A stretch of 64,000 nucleotides of DNA from Octopus vulgaris (taxonomy: Eukaryota). Shown here one piece after another: positions 41,262 to 53,553 of this stretch. The stretch is from NCBI GenBank assembly GCA_951406725.2, contig OX597820.1, positions 92,814,001-92,878,000 on the forward strand. Direction: 5' to 3'. The notes under the pieces are model-generated. The model had not been told where the DNA came from. It searched no databases and saw only the letters and a program-made list of their open reading frames with translations. The position numbers and the translations under genes are program-made. How positions within the stretch are numbered: the stretch's first letter is position 1; every line of letters starts with the position of its first letter.

Positions 41262-42041
41262 TATACATGTATATTATTGTGAGTGTGAGTGTGTGTAAGT
41301 AGAAGCCATATCTGCCTCAAAGAAGGGAAATACACTCTCTAGTTCACTCCTTCCTAATTATTTGTAAGGTTGGCTTTGTTTTAATTCCTTTACCCCTATT
41401 TCAAATAAGTTAACATTTGTGGGTTTTCTTCTCCTTAAATAATTTCCCACTTTCCAAGGTTCTCTTCGCACAATTCTATAAATCAAATATCACGCCAGTT
41501 TATCTGCTGGTCTCGTAGGTTGTTTGTCACAGTGTTAAGTGTTGATTCAATTCATCAGCATATAGACTCTGTGTGTGCGTGTGTTTGTGTGTGCCTGCGT
41601 GTGTTTGTGTGTGCTTGCGTGTGTCTGTATGACAGAGGAAGTGAGAGGGGGCGGGAAGTGAGAAAAAGAGAGAAATTATGTTAAAAATACAACTTTATAT
41701 CATTTGTTCCCAACGTTCGTTTTATGGCTGTTTCAAAGTTCCAAGTAAACCTGGTTGCTTATCACAGCGGTTGCTTATCACATTATTGTGTTTTTGCTAC
41801 AGATACCGTATTTGAAACATCCAATTCCACTTAGAATATACAATAAAGAGACTCCAAACTGAGTAACGGGGAAACGTGCGTAGGGAATAAATGATATATA
41901 CTCCCGTTTATCATAATTTCTCCTACATATGGGTCGTATATCATAAATATTAATTCTACTATGTATAGTAGTAACCAAACTACTATACTGGAAGCAGACT
42001 GGATGGTGATAATGTACGTAGAGCTCTAACTTCAGCTGTTA

Positions 42042-42080
<39 letters not shown>

Positions 42081-42083
<3 letters not shown>

Positions 42084-42329
42084 TGCGCCCTTTTAAAGCC
42101 TAGCCAGGCTCATGGGCCCGGTTTCCCGGTTTCAATGGAGTATGTGTTCCCCAGCTGGACGGGACGCCAGTCAATCGCAGCGTTACTCATTTTTGCCAGC
42201 TGAGTGGACTGGAGCAACGTGAAACGGAGTGTTTTGCTCAAGAACACAACGCGTCGCCCGGTCCAGGAATCGAAACCACAATCTGACGATCATGATGCTG
42301 ACACCCTAACCACTAAGCCACGTGCCTCC
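42081..42329 (-). mobile_element. tRNA-derived SINE family S3, full length
   Basis: Minus strand ggaggcacgtggcttagtggttagg (A box)...ggtttcgattcct (B box)...gttcttgagcaaaacact...gactggcgtcccgtccagctgggg...gaaaccggg (resembles the Meta-type central domain). Confidence 0.85.
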
Positions 42330-42524
42330 ACACACACACACATATATATATATCTATATATTCCCATCAAAATTAATGCAGCGTAAGAGAAATCCTTTGG
42401 GTGGGAGATATGGCAACCAATTACGCGCATGCGTGAAATTTTCGCGCCTGTAAACCGCGTCAGTTACCGGCTGTTATACCTAGCGTACAGACGTATAGTG
42501 CGCTGTCGTCGGACTTTCGTTTTC

Positions 42525-42913
42525 ACCGAACGCATCGAGCAAAGATATTGCATCAAATTTTGCCAAAAGCTTGGTGATACTCAAGCTTAAACCATCCAAA
42601 ATATTCAACAGTCCTTTGGTGATGAGACCAAGGGCAAAATTGAAGTGAGGATGTGATACAACCGTTTCAAAAATGGCCACACGTCAGTAGAAAGCGAGGC
42701 ACTGTCGGACAGGCTATCTACAGGCCGAGTCAAGGAGCTGAGTGAGAAGGTTCGCGAATAGTCATGAAAAACCGTCATGTAACAATGCAGGAAATCTTTC
42801 ATGAAATGCGAATAAGCACGGGATCAATATCTTCCAAATTAACCGACGATTTGCAAATGCAGAGAGTGTCAGCGAAAATCGTACTCAAGTTGCTGCCAGA
42901 GGAGCAAAAGTGA
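42525..42913 (+). pseudogene. Mariner transposase N-terminal (HTH) fragment
   Basis: EQRYCIKFCQKLGDTQA*TIQNIQQSFGDE..*YNRFKNGHTSVESEALSDRLST...MQRVSAKIVLKLLPEEQK (WVPHEL-equivalent region); no catalytic domain seen. Confidence 0.8.
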
Positions 42914-43819
42914 CTCTGTATGGACTTCATAAAGACAATCAACACTGGTGATGATACAAGCTCTCGGTCATTTGTGAAGGACTACAGTTGTCAAGGAATC
43001 AACCGTAAGTTTAAATACATCTTGAAATTTGATGTTTTCTACAAACGTTTGAAAGCGGTAATTGAACTTTATGAATATTACAAAATATCTTTTAAATTTT
43101 TAACACACTTCAACATTATTAAAAAAATGTATTAATTTTTTTTAAATACCATAATAAAAATGTGAAAATCAGACCATGTTTAACCTTATTCAACTATTAC
43201 ATTATTCTATACACATTTCCGCATATTCGGATATATATATATATACCATATAGCCTGTGTATATTTGTCATACACTAACCCAAGGTGCTTTCTGTGTGCT
43301 GTCTTGCAACCTTGCGCATGTGATCCATCATTAAACAATGCTATTAAAAGTCATCAATCCGTACCACGCTTCCTCTTCCTACTGTTTTGTTGTTTAGTAA
43401 CTTCTTTTTTCCATACCCAACTCCCATGCATTTCTTCTAGAAATGAGTTATTTTATCCACATGAGCAATAACCCGTTTGGTGAGTCATTTAAGTCTTGTT
43501 TCCGAGTACTGTTCGATATACTATTTCAATATTTTACTTATATACTTCATTTGTCTATATAAAATGTTTAAGTGGGAGTTGAGCACTTTATCATTTCTGT
43601 GTGATTTCCACCTATCCTTCTTTCGAATTATGTGGGTTCTTTCTTTTCACAATTGTTCTGCTCTTCTGTTTTGTTTTAAGATTCTCTCCCGCAGCGATCC
43701 ATCCGATGCAACACTCCTCACCCAGAACCTACTTAAATTTTTGTTGGCGCTATGTTTGTTTCTATCTGGCTTGTTTGGTTTCTTTATTTGTTTTTGTTTT
43801 AGTTGTTCTTGATAAAATG

Positions 43820-44560
43820 GTTTGAAGTTGGCGGCCAACTCTTTGTTTTGATCAAAGAACTGTTATCGCTTTTGATTTAATAAGGGTTTCTAGTCTTAGA
43901 CACTCTTTGATTTCAAGTATTTTTTTTTATGTTATATTGTATTTTCCGAAGTATTTTCTTACTCTTTTTCCATTTGTGTCTTTTCGCTGTCGATCTAATT
44001 AAGGATTCAGAGATCTTTTATATTATTGTCTATCTTTCTCTTATTACTTATTATTTGGCTTTAGAAGTTTCTATTTGAAATGATTTGTGGAGGTACCCAC
44101 TTTTGTGTGACTGCTGCAGCTGCTACATAGAATAATTAGTTTACCCTGGTGATATTGATGTTGCATTTGCTTCTAGTATGTATATGATGGTCACATCTTC
44201 ATATTTTCATATATATTTTAAATGTTATTTTTATCCCTAAGTTTCTATATATAGCAAGTCTCTCATTGGTTTATAGGGAGAATTTATATCGATTTTAATA
44301 CTTTAAATATTTCCACCGTTAGATAATTGTTATATTCAAAATTTCCAGCTTTAGATCTTTCACTATTAGATCTTTCTCATAATCACTAGTGTTGTTCACG
44401 TTGGTGTAGTTCTGTTTCTGCTCTTGTTGGTCGATATTCTGTAAGTAAGCTGGGTTTGTCTTTGTCGTGTTTTGCAATTTCTTTTCTTTAATTTCCTTTC
44501 TGCTAAATCTCTCTTCGGTGTTCAGTCTCTTAATACAATATTTATAGTTTTAAAGTTTTC
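43820..44560 (-). pseudogene. Degraded N-terminal ORF region of an R4/Dong-like non-LTR element
   Basis: Minus-frame pieces LFYVAAAAVTQK and QFFDQNKELAANFKPFYQE resemble the pre-RT region of this clade; heavily disrupted. Confidence 0.45.
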
Positions 44561-45026
44561 ATTTGCATTGTTTGTACTTTTATTATTTTGTTCTTTCATT
44601 CGTAGATTGTATTCTATTGTTTTCTTTCTATTATGCTTTTTACTTACATATCTCACATTCTTTTCCTTTCAAGTTTATGTCTTTATGAATTAGGAGAGTT
44701 CTTCTGGGATTCAAATTCACTCCCAAATCAGAGCTATTTTCTCTACAGGGAATATGCGTATATATTGTAGAATTAGTGACAGACTGCTACCATAAATTGT
44801 GTATGTAGTTAGTAAGCGTATTCCTCTTAGGTCCTATAATGCTATTATCTTATTTACGAGAGTTTATTAACATTTGTCTCCTTTATTTAATATACTTGTA
44901 AATATTTTTTCCGGGAACCGTTTATGGTTTTCTATTGATGACTTATGTAGATTCCATTCTCCGTATTTTTACGCACAAAATTCGAAGTGCTCATTCTCGA
45001 TTAATCGTATCATTTCTATATTACAA

Positions 45027-45256
45027 GGCGGCGAGCTGGCAGAATCGCTAGCGCGCCGGGCAAAATGCTTAGCGGTATTTCGTCTGTCGTTACGTTCTGA
45101 GTTCAAATTCCGCCGAGGTCGACTTTGTCTTTCATCCTCTCGGGGTCGATAAATAAAGTAGCAGTTTCGCACTGAGTCGATGTAATCGACTTAATCCCTT
45201 TGTCTGTCCTTGTTTGTCCCCTCTATGTTTAGCCCCTTGTGAGTAGTAAAGAAATA
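45027..45256 (+). mobile_element. tRNA-derived SINE family S1, full length
   Basis: ggcggcgagctggcagaatcg (A box-like)...gagttcaaattcc (B box)...tail tttagccccttgtgagtagtaaagaaata; highly similar to the reverse copy at 63788-64000. Confidence 0.9.
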
Positions 45257-45286
45257 TATATTTATTATTTGCTATTCTTACTTTGT

Positions 45287-45773
45287 GGAGGCGCAATGGC
45301 CCAGTGGTTAGGATCGCGGTTTCGATTCCCAGACCGGGCATTGTGTGTATTTATTAAGCGAAAACACCTAAGGCTCCACGAGGCTCCGGCAGTGAGTGGT
45401 GATGAATCCTGCTGTACTCTTTCACCGCAACTTTCCCTCACTCTTTCTTCCTGTTTCTGTTGTACCTGTATTTCAAAAGGCCAGCCTTGTCACACTCTGT
45501 GTCACGCTGAATCTCCCCGAAAACTACGTTAATGGTACACGTGGAGTATGTGGAATGCTCAGCCGCTTACACGTTGATAAATGAGTTGCGATGTCACTGA
45601 CACCAAGCTGTATCGGCCTTTGCCTTTCGCTTGGATAACATCGGTGGCGTGGAGAGGGGAGGCTGATATGCGTGGGCGACTGCTCGTCTTCCATAAACAA
45701 CTTTGCCCAGACTTTACCTCGGAGGGTAACTTTCTAGGTGCAATCCCATGGTCATTCATGACCGAAGGGAGTC
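45287..45773 (+). mobile_element. tRNA-derived SINE family S4
   Basis: ggaggcgcaatggcccagtggttagg...ggtttcgattccc head; central domain shared with 33975-34293; distinct 3' region. Confidence 0.75.
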
Positions 45774-45887
45774 ACAACACAAATTCTTACTTTGGAGATG
45801 AATTTTGATTAAAGTCGTTCTTATTGTGCTCTATCAGTGTGTTTAGATGAGGTGGTGAGACGGGGATTAGCAGTATCTAATTTATGT

Positions 45888-46162
45888 GCAGGCGCATGGC
45901 TTAGTGGTTAGGGTGGTGGACTCACAATCGTAAGATTGTGACTTCGATTCCTGGACCAGGCGACGCGTTGTATCATTTTACGCGTTGTATCATTTTACGC
46001 GTTGTATCATTTTACGTTGCTCCAATACACCCAGCTGACAAAAATGAGGAATCCTACAACGGACCGGCGTCCTGTCCAGGTGGGGAATATATACTCTATG
46101 GAACCGGGAAACGGCCCTTATTAGTTGGTATGATTTGAGAAGGTGACTTTACTTTTACTTTT
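45888..46162 (+). mobile_element. SINE S3 copy with internal 17-bp triplication and (CTTTTA)n tail
   Basis: Colinear with the reverse complement of 42081-42329; acgcgttgtatcatttt x3 at 45963-46013. Confidence 0.85.
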
Positions 46163-46484
46163 ATTATCTAATTTATAGTGAGCAAGGCAATCGAAACAAC
46201 TGCAATATGTGTTCCAGCTGTAGCCAGTTAGTTTTCATTTCTTTCGTTGTTATTGAGCATGTTTTACAAAGTGTAGGTTTTACAAACACTGCTATTAACA
46301 TTCCATCTAATTCTATTCTAAGTTATTCTGTACATTGTTATTTTTCCTAGCGGAAAATGGTTGTGTATCAAGAAATTTATGGACCTACGTCTAAAAAATT
46401 ATCATCATCATCATCGTTGCCGCCGAAGTCATCTTCGTCGCCGCCGACGTCATCCTCATCGACATACTAGGGAATTTTCGTGGG

Positions 46485-47030
46485 GACATACCAGGGAATT
46501 TTCGGTCCATAACTTTGCTAAACACAAAGTTTAAGATTTTGGCCAAGGTGTTAGAGAAAATGTTGGTGCCTGTCGTTGGTAGTATAGTAGGAGAAGCACA
46601 AATATATGCGATCCCGAACAGGTCTATTCGCGACAACCTCCACCTTATGCAATACATCATAGAAAGGGCTGGGACTAAAGCTGGCTCCGGTGGGGCACTG
46701 ATTAATTTGGATCAATCGATAAGGTCGACCATCGTTACCTGGAAGCCGTCCTTAAAGCGGTCAGTTTAGGACCCATTTTCGTGGGCTGGATCGATTAAAT
46801 GCACAACGCCACCTGCTCGGTGGTCAAATTAAATGGCCATCTATCGGAATCGTTTAGCATCGCACGCTCGGACTGTCAGTGTTGCCCGATGTCACCTCTT
46901 CTGTACATGCTGGCTCTCGAGTCACTGTTGCGGAAGTTGGAACTATTCAGGGGCATCTCTTTCGAACTGGGACTCGGAAGAGCAGTGACTGCATATGCGG
47001 ATGACTTCATCATGGTGTCTTAGAACGCTG
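46485..47030 (+). pseudogene. Tx1/L1-clade reverse transcriptase fragment
   Basis: NFRSITLLNTKFKILAKVL...AIPNRSIRDN...ALINLDQS..DKVDHRYL...VKLNGHLS..CQCCPMSPLLYMLALE...AYADD, with frameshifts. Confidence 0.9.
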
Positions 47031-50000
47031 AAGTGATGGTAATAAATGGATGTCATTCTCGGATTCTGTGCGTCACAAGAACCCTAGTTCAGGTCGAAAC
47101 TTTTTGACCGCAGAGAAAAAGTTATTGACTTGTGTTGTTATTGTTATTTTTGTTGTTGCTGTAGTTCGTGATGACGATGTTGTTCTTGCTGTTATTGTGG
47201 ATGACATTCCTGCTAATATGGCTGTTGCTATTGCTGCGGTGGTGGTATTGGTAGTGGTTGTGGCATTGGTGAGTGTCGTGGTAGTGTCAACAACATGTCC
47301 CTTCGAGTGGCTCTTAAGTTTGCTTGTCTGTTCAAAAGCTGCTAAATTTTGAAATTTTATTATGTAACATTTAAATCAACCAGAATACATAGGAGATGAT
47401 GGTTTTGTTTCTTTTTGTTCCTCATCCATTGGAGATTATATTTACTATAAAAATTTTAAATTCTCGTTTGAACACATACTCTTCTACAAACATGGCGTCA
47501 ACTTTTATAGCGAGCAAACTAACAGGAGAGATAGCTGACATGCAAATCGAACTGCACAGTATGTGGAAAGAAGGAAAACGAAAGTCAAGAGTTCAAAGTT
47601 CAAATATTTGTACTGCTGCTATAAATGACAGTAGCGTTAACAACAAACACAATAACAAATGTAGCAAAAGCAACAGCAGCAACCGTCCAAGAATTTGGAC
47701 AGGGAGATTTCCATTTCCAGCGACTTCGAGGGCCACCTCCCAGTGGTGTCGGGCGTCAACGAAGAGTCCTCGACTACAACAAGACGACCAAAGTTTTTTT
47801 TTCCAAGGTCTTGGGTCTCCCGCCCCTAAGCCCTAGACCATCACCTAAACCCTTATCCGTCTTGTTGCTTAACAGCAACAACAAAAACACCAAAAGCAGC
47901 AGCAGCAGTGCAACCAGAGGTGACATTATGCTTATGGAATGGAAGTATTTTCAAAAACATTGCAGCGCTGGTGCAATGGCAAATAAAGTAGCAATAAAAA
48001 TAACAACAAAATTGACAAAACTAATAACAATATCAACAACAGCATTGATAGCAAATGCACCGGCGGTAGCAAAGATAAAGGCCCTAAAGATGACAACAGC
48101 TGCATCAGCAACGATTACAATACATCAAGAAATATTTCTTTTGCCAAGATCACCATCATTTGCGACTATGTCTCCACAAAGAGCATGAACAGTTAATAAA
48201 ATTCGGATTGACACGTCTACAGAATAGAAAGGTTACACTCAATATATCGCAAACCAAAGCCATACGGAAAGAGAAACAATTCTTTATAGATACATATCGA
48301 CGAAGCGATACAAATCGAAGTGTAGACATTCATAACAAGTTCAACTCTTTTTTAAGAAACATTTATCCTAGAAGAATTTTGTGAGACATGAACATGATTT
48401 CAGATATATCCGAGCTATTTATCAACGATCACATAGAACTCGCAAATGGTATCCAACTGCACATAATGGTGGAGGACCGATGATTAGGGGGACATGCATA
48501 TGGTAAAACCAACCATTTGAGAGCCTTCTTCCTCCAACAAAAGCCAAAACACCATAAACTCGCACTGCTGGATGCACCGCAACCACAAGAAGATCAACAG
48601 TAACAAGTTAACAGCAGCAATAGCGCAAGCACTACAATGACCAGTGAATATTCGAATTTTCTGTTTGCTTCGACTTGTCATGACATTTCTATGTCGTCCT
48701 TCAATTTTTACTTCGCCACATTATTTTCTGTTTTCAGTTTAACCGGATGTGTCTATTCAGATAAAAAAAAACATTAGCATCTTTCTAAGTGAAGCATTTC
48801 TTGCATGATAAGGGCCTCTCAACAAGCTGATCAGTGCAATAAGAAAGTACCGGAAATGAGCAGTGTAAATGTTACATTAGTATTGCTAGAAAAACCGTGT
48901 CATTTTCTTTGGAATGTAAAAATTTACTTATCCCCACGTGGGAATGTCCTTATACTTTACATTAAGTGTAATCTTTGTGTATGTTCACAAACTCAATACG
49001 TTATGAACATCTTTTAGCATTACCCACGAAAAATCACTAGGGGAAAGAATGCGATCAGCTTTCTTTCCTCTCTGAAAAGTATTCTGTTGAGAGAACACAT
49101 AAATGAAAAGGACAACCCATTAGTTCAACAATTTGACTCATTGAAATCAAACTGCAAAGTATACTTACATTTGTTTACTCGGTGGTTAGAAATATACTGT
49201 ACAGTAAAACCTAGAGATTTAGACCCGTTAGAAGTTGTATCGAATGAGATGAAGTTAGGTATGAGAGAACAGCTCCAAATGAAAGTATCAATATTTTGGG
49301 AATTTCCTTAAGATGTCTGCCCTGAACCTTATTTACGCTGTAATCCGATTCAAAATAATGAATATTCTATGAACTAATTTCTGAATCATACAGTGGTATT
49401 AACATATCCATTTAAAGGCATGGTTACACGTGAATATATATAGAAATATTGACGCTTTCATATTTTGATATTACACATGCAATTTTTATTACTTGAGAGA
49501 AAGGAGAATATACTATTTTCATGTAAATTATGTTGTACCTTATAACAATATATATCATCGAAATTCCACGAAAACTGCAATTATTGTATAGTACAGCAGT
49601 TACAAATACTTTTGTAAAGTACTATCTCAACAGTCGGTTTGTAATGATCAGTGGAACTTTCAGGTACATACATTTACGCTGATATATTGTTTCTATTGCT
49701 TTATCGTCTGTTCTCTAGAATAAGTATTTCGATCATAAGTAGTAGACTATACATTAAGGTAGAAGTAAGAGTTAGTTAACTTAATTGACTCTAATACCTT
49801 ACTAATTACCTATTTTATCAGTCCGGTAAGAATTGAAGATAATGTCAGCCAGAACGAAATACGAACTTTAAAGCCATGTTGCTAAATTTAGAAAATTAGA
49901 GCCTTTCATTTAAAGTTATTCACAACAACTAATGAAAGAATTTAATCGACTGTATCGACCGCCCAAACAATTTCTTGGCATGAACATACGATAGACGTGA

Positions 50001-52979
50001 TTACTTACGAAAATATTTCTGAATTAATAAGCGTTTCAAATTTCAATACAACGACTGAGATTTTGAATATATTTTATTTCATTGTTCCCGAAATGAGAAA
50101 ATGCGAAGTTGAGCTCTGCGGGATTTGAAATGAACGCGTAAATTGACTGGAAAAATACTACAAAATATTTCAACGTGCGGTCTAATAATTCTGTTAATCG
50201 ACCATATATTTCTGAATTAATAAGGAAGTCAAGCTATAGTAAGCAAGAGATGTCGGGTCTAGCAGAACAATGTGACAGTTTCGTCTGTTTTGAATATCAA
50301 AGATTTCTTTGTTCTCTACTATATCGTCGAGCAAACACACCACTTATCTCGTTAATTATAGGACCTGTATGTTATTCTTCCATTATTTAGTTTCAGTGTT
50401 TAATGAAACAGGGTATCTGTTCGTCACACAAATATTGTGACCGTTGAGATTGACATCCTCATTCACCCTTGAACAGCAAGTAGCGTTAATATTCGTTTAA
50501 AATTCAAAGCCGTAGTTTCTTGCCTAAGGAAACCAAGGATACACTACTCTCAATAAATTACACGAACACCAGTATTTGACTGGTATTTTATGTAATTGAC
50601 ACCTTAAAGCGGAAATACAAATTAGACCCAGGTGGTATTTGAAATCGGAACAAAAATGTAGATACCTAAAATGTACTAGGAATTTGTCTGACGTTTTAAC
50701 GATCCTACCTTCTAGCAGTTTCGGTTGACCAAGCAGCTCGCATTTCATATCTTTCTTATTAGGGTTTGAGTAATTTAAAGCTTGTAGCACAAACTCACCT
50801 AACCAATTTTATATCGCCTCCACTTCTCATAAAATCTCTCTGTCAGAATTTATTCTCAGTATTAAAAGTAAACATGACATAACTTTATACTCTATACTGT
50901 AAATTATCATCGTCAAATTGTCACGGTAGACATTTAAATTTCTTGAATCAACATTTCTTATATCCAATCTTTATTTTGACAGACATAATATTTACTGCTT
51001 TGAGGAAAGCCTAATCTCGTGGGAAAATTAATTATTACGTAATTCATATAAAATTTAATACCTTTTACTCTTCAGACTTTTCTTTTCAGCCGCTCAGATT
51101 GAAACTTCTGACACATCCGATCACATTGAATAAAGGTCTCAATGGAAATTACATTAATTTCTATTTAGCTGTCATTGTGAAAGTATTCGATACTAACGGC
51201 TAATGCTTAACTCTCGCTGTTAACCTCCTGTTAAAAATCGGTTGTTGATAGACAGTGTTGATCTTCTGCGGGTATTAAAGCAATCACCTCCAGTCATATT
51301 TGTATATTTGTACTGCTTCTCATTTAAGATTACGCTGAATATCAATGGCGGGAAACAAATGATAATTAGAAATGGTGTGGCTATAGCTTTTGGCCTCAAC
51401 TGATTCATGTGTTATTAAATAAGAGGCTAAATTAATGCAAAACAATGGAAGATTTCCCAAGGTTAACTGCAGAGGTGCATATGCAGTACTGTACGTTGTC
51501 AAAGAATGATTAATACGTTTAATTTGAAATAATTCCTAGTGTAGTCTAGCAATTTTATTTTGTAACTTCTTATTACCGCAGTAGAAACTAACATACACTT
51601 CTAGCAAAAGAGAATCCAAAACACCAATCTTTAGTAATGCAGTGCCAACAATAATAAAGGGTTTTCGTATGCATAACGGTAGGCTTTAAACACCGAATAA
51701 GGGAGAAAGCCTTAGTAGAGCCGTGCTGACGCATGAAATCGATACAATCAAACATCTCTAGGATATGATTAGTATTTAGTTTGTCAAACGAATTGGACAT
51801 AAACTCAGAATGTTGAACTAATATAGATTTAAATCGGTAAACCGCTGTTTCTAATCATTCTACACCCATCTCCTCTAGAGTTATTATTTCTGATATAGCC
51901 AAGAGATCATACATTTGGATGGATGTAAGGAACAGAAAATTAAATGGACTACAGTGTTTTACTTGTAATGTATTTTATTTATTTTATTTTATTTTATTTC
52001 AGAGGAAAAGTCAAGCACGGTGAGATAAGACATCAGAACTTAAAGACATGTAAAAAAAATATTGGAAAGTGCCCTGTAAATCGTTCTACCATTTGTGCAA
52101 ATACATACCCTGTCTCTTTTCCTTACGTTATCACAGGTTACAAAGTCTTAAGGAAACATATAATCGAGTGTGCGCAAAATATTACTGTGCAATCTATACC
52201 AGAAGGACAAAACACAATGTAGTAAGGTTTGAATTTAGAATATCGAGTGACGAAACTATATTGCAAACTATAGAATCAAATGACTGAAACCACATGAGTC
52301 TATAGTTAGCAATATCTCTTAAGAAACCGATGATACATCAGTTTACATCAGAAATATAAAAAAATAAATGCAAAGTGAAAGACAGCTTTAAGTTTTTAGT
52401 ATTTTATCATCTCCTATTCAGGAACTCTTTCGTGTTCTGCTTCTGTCTGTGAAACTTCAGGAATTTTCTTTTTGCGTAAAATTTGTGTTTAGAACTTCTT
52501 CAATGAATTTAACGTAGCTTGTCTAAAGAATTTTACATGAAATAATAAAAGTCTAGTGCTACGTACATAAGAGCCTAGTGTCATCTGTATAAAAGTGTCA
52601 TTTGAAATGACAGTTTGTTATTAATATTCAAAACGACAACTACATCTTAGAATACACGAGATCTATTAGAAACTAACAAAATCATGCATGTACACTTCTA
52701 CACTTTTTCTGTCCTCCACACCCAAGTCTTAAAGTCTTCATTCATTGTGAAATAGATGCTGAAAAACTTTACCGATGTAATCAGTAGGACAATGGCAAAG
52801 CTGTCTTTCCTCATTTACTAATAAAAGAACACAATATTATTTCAAGACAAATTTTCATCAAAGTGATTTGTATAATTTATGCCAGTACAACCGAAGACCA
52901 ATCGTTTACTGAATCTTAACGACACATATAACCTGTAATTTCTTCCATTACCTGCAGTTGTTATTGGTGATCATTTCCT

Positions 52980-52994
52980 TTTATTTATTTATTA

Positions 52995-53045
<51 letters not shown>
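52980..53045. repeat. (TTA)n microsatellite
   Basis: Direct reading. Confidence 0.9.
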
Positions 53046-53553
53046 GGTGTTAGGATGTCAATGAGAAAAATGTATGTTATTGGTAGCAGGTTGAATGGTA
53101 ATGCAGAAACTAGGTAAGCTTTATATGGATAATATGTTGTGCTATCACAAATATTAATTTCTCCTGGTGGTAATCAAATAAGCATAAACAAACTGACAAA
53201 TATATCGCCACACAATAAATTACCCTCCACTTTGTCACATCATTTGAGAACTTCCACATAATCGCTCAATTTGGTAGAAATAGCGGCCATTCATGTCAGA
53301 CCCTACTGTCTTTAAAGAAGAAATACTGTGTCCATGGTATCCTATTTAATTAGCAGGTTATCTTCAGACTGAAGGCCCGACTCAATCGTTTCTACGGAAT
53401 ACACTACACTAGAGGCACTCAAAGAGTACAGCGCGCTGTTAAGCTGGATGTTAGATTATGTTTACTCTCTATAAATAAGAACAGTAATCTAATAGACTTT
53501 CACTCAGTTTTTTTCTCCAAACATCACTCAGAATATTTTAATAAAGATATGTA

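Noticed and set aside
45027-45115. tRNA genes at the A/B-box-containing heads (also 45287, 45888, 42329)
   Set aside because: They continue into SINE bodies and do not form complete cloverleafs.
45963-46016. 17-bp repeats (and the 16-bp repeats at 55446) as a CRISPR-like array
   Set aside because: Head-to-tail with no spacers, in a eukaryotic context; these are minisatellites.
49090-49420. Possible hAT transposase C-terminal remnant (also 37600-37900)
   Set aside because: Only a vague resemblance (REQL..FW..CPE); too degraded to support without an HMM search.
51050-51190. Possible host exon after cttttcttttcag
   Set aside because: No convincing donor site or recognisable peptide; such acceptor-like tracts are common in AT-rich DNA.
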